Shown here in pieces: positions 57,519-64,000 of a stretch of 64,000 bases of DNA (position 1 is the stretch's first letter; each line of letters begins with the position of its first letter). The notes below the pieces were generated by a model. It had not been told where the DNA came from, ran no database searches, and saw only the letters and a list, made by a program, of their open reading frames with translations. The stretch spans positions 96,001 through 160,000 of the IMG/VR virus record IMGVR_UViG_3300014208_000023; one strand, written 5' to 3'. A program made the position numbers and the translations under genes. This DNA is from a virus (lineage: Duplodnaviria; Caudoviricetes).

Positions 57519-59594
57519 CTATGCTCCTCTGCCAACATCTGTATCGGGGCGTCTTGGCGATCCCTCACCACCCTGAAGGAGTTGTGATTTGACGAATGTA
57601 TAGGCCAAGCTCTTCAATGAAAGAGACGGAGTTAATGCTAGATCGGTTGCATTATTGAGAATTCCAATGACACTATTTTCATAAGAAACTTGAACCTCTC
57701 CATTACCAGACTCATTACTAGTTATTTTGGCAATAAAATATTGTGAACCATCATATACGAACTCACTTATTTCGCCAAATGTAATAGTAGCGGATATTTT
57801 TGAGGCTATGGTGGCAGCAATATCAGGCGGAAGATTTACGGACATTGATGTTCCAGACGAATCGTTAAGAGAAACGGATACATCAACGCTTGAGGTAGTG
57901 AATTGAATCTCTGGTAGTGCTGAAAAATCACTCTTATAGGGATCATATCCGGCTGACACAGTAGCAACCAAGGCATCTGCTGCGCTTGAACGAAGGCTAC
58001 TTAAGCATGTTAATATGTCTTCTTTAAATTTTAGCGTACTTGCCGTAGATATTTTCTTTCTATAAGTAATAATTGCATCAGTTATACATTGTTGTGATGC
58101 CGCCATGTCCGGAAGCAATGCGACTATTCCAGCAAGCTTTGCTCCATTTGCATTAAATCTATCCCCAATAGTCGCAGCCAACCAATCACGTTCAGCGGCA
58201 ACTTCAGGAACACATCCTAAAGTAATTAAGCTGTGCGAAACTAATACTGGATGATTTATTGTAAATGTATATGTTATATTTGTAAAATATAATGCATCAT
58301 CAAAGACTGGAAGGGTTGCAGAATTAAATGTTGGATTATGAAGAAATTTATTTATAGTATATGGAAAACCATCATCAGGATTAATTATTGGAGTATCATC
58401 AAGTTCGGTGATAACTCCACCAATAAGATTTAATGTTCCATTAGTTGGAGCAACATAAGTGTTGCTATAATCAAGTAATCCTGCTGTTGGAGGCGCCTTT
58501 ACTATTACATTTTTTATCTTAACATATCTTGCCACTCCAACTCTACCAAAAGATGCTGGGGTATAAAAAACTTCAAAATTTATATAGTAAGGTGCTCCAG
58601 TATAATTTGTTTGTTCTGTATAATTTGTTCCTGCTGGAAAAAATACTGTTCCTGCGGCCTCTACGGGAAGATCCCATGCGCTAGTTATGTTTATAAATTT
58701 TTGGCTTTGTCCAAGCGTAGAATCATAAAACTGCCAACTTTCCTCTCTAACACTAGAGAAGAATGGAAACGGCAATCCGCCGTCAAGGCCTACGGCGCTT
58801 AAATATTGAAGATATCCACTAGTATTTACAATTGTTGTATTGTCTCTGATAAATTGCGGGCATACTTCTGGCGTACAGCAACCATCAGCACTACCATCAC
58901 CGCTATCGCAAGGAGGTATTCTAAAAGAAAGACTTGCTAATCCTTTAATGATTTGAAGTATAGTATTAAACACCGCAAATAAAATAAATAAGTTTTGTAG
59001 TAAGCAAAGCAAATCGCCAATTTTTTTAACGATAGCTATGATGCTATCATTATTAAGTGCCGTAGCTGCTTTAGATAGCAATACAAGATTTCTTATTATT
59101 GTCTCTATGATTTGAATTAATCTATTTATAATATATTCTATCAGCGCTATAATAAGCAATATCAAAGCAATAATCATTAAGAGTAATGCAAAGAATGGGA
59201 ATAGGGCCAAAAATTCTGGAATACAAACTCTGAAAAGTCTTCGCAGAGTTCTTATTAACTTAAATGGATTTGGAATAGAACAAAGAACTTCTATTATACA
59301 AAGAATTAGATTTAGAACTGGTAAGAAAAATTTATAGAGCATTAAAAATGGAAAGAATTTTTCCAATAAGCTCATTATACCGGCCATAACATCATTTAAA
59401 ACATCAGTATGAAATGCTGGCTTCATTAGGCCTGGAGGAAGCATCATTCCAAGAGAATCAAATAAATCCTGAAGATTATCCAGTGGAAGATCTGGAAAAG
59501 GAATTTCTAATGTTGGAAGATTAACAGATCCAAGACTAAATCCTGGTATAGATCCTGGCTCGAATGCATCTGAATCAAGAGGTATGCAGGGCAT
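57519..59594 (-). CDS. Hypothetical virion-operon protein with hydrophobic N-terminal helices
   Basis: 691 aa; LFPFFALLLMIIALILLIIALIEYII segment. Confidence 0.7.
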   Translation of the reverse strand: MPCIPLDSDAFEPGSIPGFSLGSVNLPTLEIPFPDLPLDNLQDLFDSLGMMLPPGLMKPAFHTDVLNDVMAGIMSLLEKFFPFLMLYKFFLPVLNLILCIIEVLCSIPNPFKLIRTLRRLFRVCIPEFLALFPFFALLLMIIALILLIIALIEYIINRLIQIIETIIRNLVLLSKAATALNNDSIIAIVKKIGDLLCLLQNLFILFAVFNTILQIIKGLASLSFRIPPCDSGDGSADGCCTPEVCPQFIRDNTTIVNTSGYLQYLSAVGLDGGLPFPFFSSVREESWQFYDSTLGQSQKFINITSAWDLPVEAAGTVFFPAGTNYTEQTNYTGAPYYINFEVFYTPASFGRVGVARYVKIKNVIVKAPPTAGLLDYSNTYVAPTNGTLNLIGGVITELDDTPIINPDDGFPYTINKFLHNPTFNSATLPVFDDALYFTNITYTFTINHPVLVSHSLITLGCVPEVAAERDWLAATIGDRFNANGAKLAGIVALLPDMAASQQCITDAIITYRKKISTASTLKFKEDILTCLSSLRSSAADALVATVSAGYDPYKSDFSALPEIQFTTSSVDVSVSLNDSSGTSMSVNLPPDIAATIASKISATITFGEISEFVYDGSQYFIAKITSNESGNGEVQVSYENSVIGILNNATDLALTPSLSLKSLAYTFVKSQLLQGGEGSPRRPDTDVGRGA

Positions 59595-60421
59595 TATCTT
59601 CTATTACCATCTAAATAATTTTGTTTAGCGGAGTACGGCCGTAAATTAGAAAGATCCCAACATTTTTGGAATTCTTCGCATTCCATATCTTCATAGTGGA
59701 AAGTTGAGTGAGGAATTATATGATCTATTTGCCAGGCCCAGGTATTAGGGTCATTATCATTCCAGGTTTTAGAGTTATAAATACCATAATTATTTTTATT
59801 CATCCAAAATTCAAATTGATTTTCTATATGTAATTTAAGATCATTTATTGAATAGTTTAAATTTTTAAGAAAAGAATTTTTCTTATAATTGCCTTTAGAT
59901 TTTAGAGCACGCCTAATGCTTCTTGAAAAATTTTCTCGCAATTTAAAAGATAAGTTTTCTTTTCTATTTAATTTTGCTTTTTCTCTTCTTCGTTTTTTTA
60001 TTTCTTCTTTATTATTACCTCTATATTTTAGAGATCTTATTTTTTCTTTTATATTATTTTCTTTTCTATATTCCAAACCATAATTTAATGCGTCTTCTTT
60101 ATTATTATAATACCAATTTAAACTTATTTTTTTTCTTTTTTCTAAATTATTTAATATCCATTTATTTTTAGATTTTAAATCTTTTTCTTTTCTACAATTA
60201 TTGCAAAATTTAGTATTTCCATTTTTAATAATAATTATAGCGTTACATTTTTGGCACGATTTTTGCAAATTTATATTGTTTTTTTGTAAATACCACTCTC
60301 TTTTATGAGAGGCCACACAGACGTTACATATTGCGCAATGTTTTCCAGTATCAGTCCTCAATTTAAAGGAGCCAATATCTTTTTTTTCATTACATTTAGA
60401 GCAAATTTTATCGCCGAGCAT
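59594..60421 (-). CDS. HNH-type (homing) endonuclease, paralog of 55200..55919
   Basis: Near-identical C-terminal ~90 aa including WQIDHIIP and KCWDLSNLRPYSAK.N. Confidence 0.78.
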   Translation of the reverse strand: MLGDKICSKCNEKKDIGSFKLRTDTGKHCAICNVCVASHKREWYLQKNNINLQKSCQKCNAIIIIKNGNTKFCNNCRKEKDLKSKNKWILNNLEKRKKISLNWYYNNKEDALNYGLEYRKENNIKEKIRSLKYRGNNKEEIKKRRREKAKLNRKENLSFKLRENFSRSIRRALKSKGNYKKNSFLKNLNYSINDLKLHIENQFEFWMNKNNYGIYNSKTWNDNDPNTWAWQIDHIIPHSTFHYEDMECEEFQKCWDLSNLRPYSAKQNYLDGNRR

Positions 60422-60448
60422 TCTACTATTATATATCCTAAAAAAATA

Positions 60449-62446
60449 CTATTTAAACGCACCCTTACTTGAATCCTTAATAACGCTTCTGCCATTAAGT
60501 ATTATATTTTCTGCATCCATCGTAATTCTGGCGGCACTTCTAAACATCATATCTCCAGTGCTATAAACGACATATCTTGCTTGGGTGGTCACAGAAACTC
60601 CGCTCTTATCTACTCTAAATACGGTCATATTTCCTGCGCCGTCAGCAACCTTAAGATCGAATACTTTAGGTCCATGGTTATCGGTATTGATGTCGGAATT
60701 TCCTAGCTCAAGAAACACATTGCCATCCAAACTAGCCGCTACGCTAATTTCATTCTTATCTTGGCCAATACTTGCAACTACTCCGCCTTCAGTATCTAAC
60801 CAAAGAGATTGACTATCTACTTCGTTAGCCCCTATATTAAGCTCAAGAGATCCGTCAAAATTCATACTACCACTTCTTCCGCCAGCATTAGCATCTGGAC
60901 CAGATACTATAATTTCTTTGCTTACAATATCTGCTACCGGATCAATGAATCCGCCATCCAATAGTGTTGTTGTAGAATATTCTCCTGGATTATAGAATTG
61001 AACTCCGCTTGAGTGTCGTATTACTTTGGCTATGTCATGATAGACAGTTCCATGTCCAATATAAACAGGAGATTTAGGATCCGAGAATCTATCTACTGGA
61101 GCAGCTTTTCCCTTATCCTTATCAACTAGCTTAATAGAATCGTTTTCTATATATTTTTCAATTAGAATATCTTTGTATTCGGTATTAAATATGGCCTCAT
61201 CTGCACCTTTTATTTTATCTGCAAATACAGTAGAATAATTTTCGTATCTAGTATGTAGTGGAATATTTCCAGTACTACTTGATGCGGGAACATTTAGCTT
61301 GAACTGGCCCTCCTTATCAATATCAATAAAGAACCTACTCCGATCTCGCGCGAAATTTGAGGTATCTGATACATTTGGAGGACTAGATTTTTGTGACTCT
61401 TTTCTAGCATTTATTTCAAAATGATAAGCTAGGCTTCTACGCTCAAGTCGCTTTATTGCTTCATATATATTTTTATTTGCTGCCGAAGTAGTAGATTTTA
61501 TCTTGACTATTGAAAAGTCTTCTTCACCAATAGGAAGGACATTTCTATTTATATCAAGAATGTTTCCATAGATATCTACTACGGTTCCTTTAATCGTCTC
61601 CATAAGATGATTGGGATATGTTAGGCTTAAGCTTAATGTGTCTGCTCTGCTATTTCTTCTGCTAATGAATACGGCATTATCATTATCTGATGTTTGTCCA
61701 TTATAATCTTTTAATTCTTGATCATTACTTTTTACTTTAGCAAGATCTTCATATTCGAAAATAACTTCTCTTTTTTCTATTCTGGCAGGATTTCTAGCAA
61801 TGGAGCCGTAACTAGAGGTTGTAGTTTGTGCTACTGGGTCCAAACCAATTTCTTTTAGAACGGAATTGAATGATGTGTCGCTAGTTCTGGAAAAAGTGCT
61901 GAAATTTTCTTGTGGTTTCTTATCGCGAAGAATAGTTCCAATTATTTCTCTTCCAGCCTGAGTGATTGTATATGAATTGGAAAATGAATTAATTGTTAAT
62001 TTTTGCGCCGTATTATAAACGACATTATCTTTATATGTTCCAATTTTAATTTGTTCGGAGTTTAAGCTAATAGGCGCATTAGGGTGAGCCTGTATTGTTA
62101 AATCTCCCCTCTTAAGTGATGGAATTTTAATTTCAGTTGGGCTTACTTTACTATTGCTGGCCGGGTCTCTGGCCAAGAAGGCTAAAATATAATAGTGGTG
62201 GCCAGCTTCTGCCTGCACTACCGCAACCGGAGTTCCCTCCGCAACAAGCCCTCCTATGAATCCGCCACCAGACGATAAGTATGATAGAGGCAACTGGGCT
62301 TTAGATAAATGACTTTTTCTAGAGCGTAATGATGTATCGCCCATATTATTAGCGAAAGAAATATCAACCGTCATGGTGTCTGGATACACCTTCTCTATGG
62401 TAGCAAGCCTTACTAGGCCGGTCGGTTTAAAAATTGGTGAGTTCAT
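60449..62446 (-). CDS. Probable baseplate spike (gpV/gp5-like OB-fold N-terminus)
   Basis: ATIEKVY...TVD...LP....G....GT.V.V OB-like start, beta-strand-rich C-terminus, position after the hub-like gene. Confidence 0.6.
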   Translation of the reverse strand: MNSPIFKPTGLVRLATIEKVYPDTMTVDISFANNMGDTSLRSRKSHLSKAQLPLSYLSSGGGFIGGLVAEGTPVAVVQAEAGHHYYILAFLARDPASNSKVSPTEIKIPSLKRGDLTIQAHPNAPISLNSEQIKIGTYKDNVVYNTAQKLTINSFSNSYTITQAGREIIGTILRDKKPQENFSTFSRTSDTSFNSVLKEIGLDPVAQTTTSSYGSIARNPARIEKREVIFEYEDLAKVKSNDQELKDYNGQTSDNDNAVFISRRNSRADTLSLSLTYPNHLMETIKGTVVDIYGNILDINRNVLPIGEEDFSIVKIKSTTSAANKNIYEAIKRLERRSLAYHFEINARKESQKSSPPNVSDTSNFARDRSRFFIDIDKEGQFKLNVPASSSTGNIPLHTRYENYSTVFADKIKGADEAIFNTEYKDILIEKYIENDSIKLVDKDKGKAAPVDRFSDPKSPVYIGHGTVYHDIAKVIRHSSGVQFYNPGEYSTTTLLDGGFIDPVADIVSKEIIVSGPDANAGGRSGSMNFDGSLELNIGANEVDSQSLWLDTEGGVVASIGQDKNEISVAASLDGNVFLELGNSDINTDNHGPKVFDLKVADGAGNMTVFRVDKSGVSVTTQARYVVYSTGDMMFRSAARITMDAENIILNGRSVIKDSSKGAFK

Positions 62447-64000
62447 TTTTTGGTTGGCCCAAACGTAATCCAGAAATCTATAATATGATTGTGCAGAGCG
62501 CCATCTATCTTGGCTTGAGGGTCATCTTTTCCCTGGGGTTTCTTCTCTAATACCGTTTTTGCTAAATAGAATGCTTTTCTTGATGGATATCTGTATTCTC
62601 CGATAATGGCAGGGCTAGAATCTACCGGCTGAACTACAACCTGATTTTTGCCTTTAAAATTCATCAATCTTTTAAGATTTTTTTCCTTGCCAGGAGGAGT
62701 GCTTTCGCCACTTAATTCTGGTCCGCCGAGGATATAATCATTTATTTTATTAGCAAAACTTTCCATAGTAGGATTAACGCTATTAAATTGAGATTGGCTA
62801 TTGTGATATATCCGTAATTCTAATATTGGTTTAAAATCATTTGTTGCTAATGATAATGTTGTTGCCGCTTGAGTTATAACCTGATCTAGAACTGCTCTAT
62901 TTGTTTCCGCTAACTGATTAAGGAATATATCAAGATCGGTAGTTGTCAATAGATTAACCGCTACTGCACCCAAGTTTTCTTGACGAAAAACGTTACCCTG
63001 GCGTTTATGACTTAAATTTGGCAAAATCTTATTGTTTTTATAAAGCACTTTTCCAATAACATCTAGTGGTGTTGGAATATATTCTCCTGGATTGTGCCCA
63101 TATTTTATTTGCATTGATGTTGAAAAACTTTTACCATAATTAAAAGTATGACTTACCGAATCAACATAAAACAATAAGTCTCTATCTTCAATATAAACAA
63201 CTTCACCGGGCTGCTGATACTCATTTCCAACTATAGACACTTCTCCTTGCAATACTTCTTTCCTTGCCTTATTAAGTATTGATACTGCATATGGAGCTAG
63301 CTGTGACGCTGGATCATGAAGGAATGGAGCATCTACTTGCTGTGGGAGTGATATTCCATACATTCTCCATAAATCATAATCAACCGCAGTCGCTGATGCC
63401 ATAGCGTTGCCGTTGGTTCCTATCACCGCTAGTTCGGCAGGCAAATTCATTTTTTGCAAATCAAAAGTTCCAACAACATTTACTGCAGTAAATACTGGTT
63501 TGGTTTCATTTATCTGATATGAAACAATGTCTCTATTTTTTAGAACATATCGTTTAGACGATCCTACACCAATATCATCATAGCTTTCATCCTCTATCAT
63601 ATGCTCAAACATTTGAGGGACATCACTACTTTTAGATAGACTGGGAAATAATAGATTATTTTGTCCAGATTTTTTATCTAGAGAAAGCCCTTCTTTTAAA
63701 TTTTTGAGAGCATTGGCGGCAGACTTAATGGCTTGCTCTCTATCAGAAAGTAGTTGAGCAATTTTGTTAGTAATCTGAAGAACTGCCAAATTTTTTGAAT
63801 TGAGAGCAATAGCATCAGTGCTAGTTGCGCCAAATTCTTGCTCTATATTGAATACCTCTCCGGTTCTTGACGCTAGCCTGTCTTTTATGTTTTGAAATCT
63901 ATCAGTTGATCCGGCCAAGCTTTGTATTTCAGTTAAGCTTTTAAATTGATTTGACGCACCATATGCTGGAGCTCCTGATTGAATAAATTGAGCCCTACCA
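62443..64000 (-). CDS. Partial baseplate hub/tail protein (gpD/gp44-like), start beyond the window
   Basis: Frame open from base 63999; G.VSI.G...QQPGEVVY....LLFYVDSVSH.F..G.SF.T. Confidence 0.65.
   Translation of the reverse strand, partial: GRAQFIQSGAPAYGASNQFKSLTEIQSLAGSTDRFQNIKDRLASRTGEVFNIEQEFGATSTDAIALNSKNLAVLQITNKIAQLLSDREQAIKSAANALKNLKEGLSLDKKSGQNNLLFPSLSKSSDVPQMFEHMIEDESYDDIGVGSSKRYVLKNRDIVSYQINETKPVFTAVNVVGTFDLQKMNLPAELAVIGTNGNAMASATAVDYDLWRMYGISLPQQVDAPFLHDPASQLAPYAVSILNKARKEVLQGEVSIVGNEYQQPGEVVYIEDRDLLFYVDSVSHTFNYGKSFSTSMQIKYGHNPGEYIPTPLDVIGKVLYKNNKILPNLSHKRQGNVFRQENLGAVAVNLLTTTDLDIFLNQLAETNRAVLDQVITQAATTLSLATNDFKPILELRIYHNSQSQFNSVNPTMESFANKINDYILGGPELSGESTPPGKEKNLKRLMNFKGKNQVVVQPVDSSPAIIGEYRYPSRKAFYLAKTVLEKKPQGKDDPQAKIDGALHNHIIDFWITFGPTKK

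Noticed and set aside
1-64000. Stop-codon recoding (TAG/TGA readthrough) as in some jumbo phages
   Set aside because: Recognisable enzymes are full length in code 11, and TAA, TAG and TGA all terminate genes with tight overlaps
1-64000. tRNA, rRNA or CRISPR array
   Set aside because: No T-loop GTTCRA cloverleaf and no regularly spaced direct repeats were seen by eye; intergenic gaps are mostly too short. tRNAscan-SE/Infernal would be needed to exclude them formally

Overview
A 64-kb segment of a large, AT-rich, tailed dsDNA phage genome (jumbo/huge-phage type; contractile-tail baseplate genes suggest a myovirus), read in standard code 11. Left part (1-34 kb): many small hypothetical genes plus metabolic and replication genes. 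These include a nucleoside hydrolase, DHFR, HAD hydrolase, DEDDh exonuclease, FAD oxidoreductase, methionine aminopeptidase, PIN-PhoH, class II RNR, a sigma-70 factor, DnaB-like and DnaC-like proteins, an SF2 helicase, a GH73-like muramidase, a tubulin/FtsZ-family GTPase, and an RmlB + glycosyltransferase cluster. An opposite-strand island carries a lipoprotein GH5-esterase-CBM enzyme. Right part (38-64 kb, minus strand): baseplate/tail operon with two related AT-rich HNH-type endonuclease genes. Most notable observations: (1) a recurring upstream motif AGTTGTCGAGAA(-N15-TAAGAAA), which in two cases lies inside an inverted repeat that would sequester the ribosome-binding site, including that of the sigma factor; (2) a LamG-type virion gene apparently cut in two by a high-GC tailspike cassette; (3) DGY repeats across virion proteins next to a glycosylation cluster. 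No tRNA, rRNA or CRISPR array was recognised. All calls come from reading motifs by eye; no database search was run.
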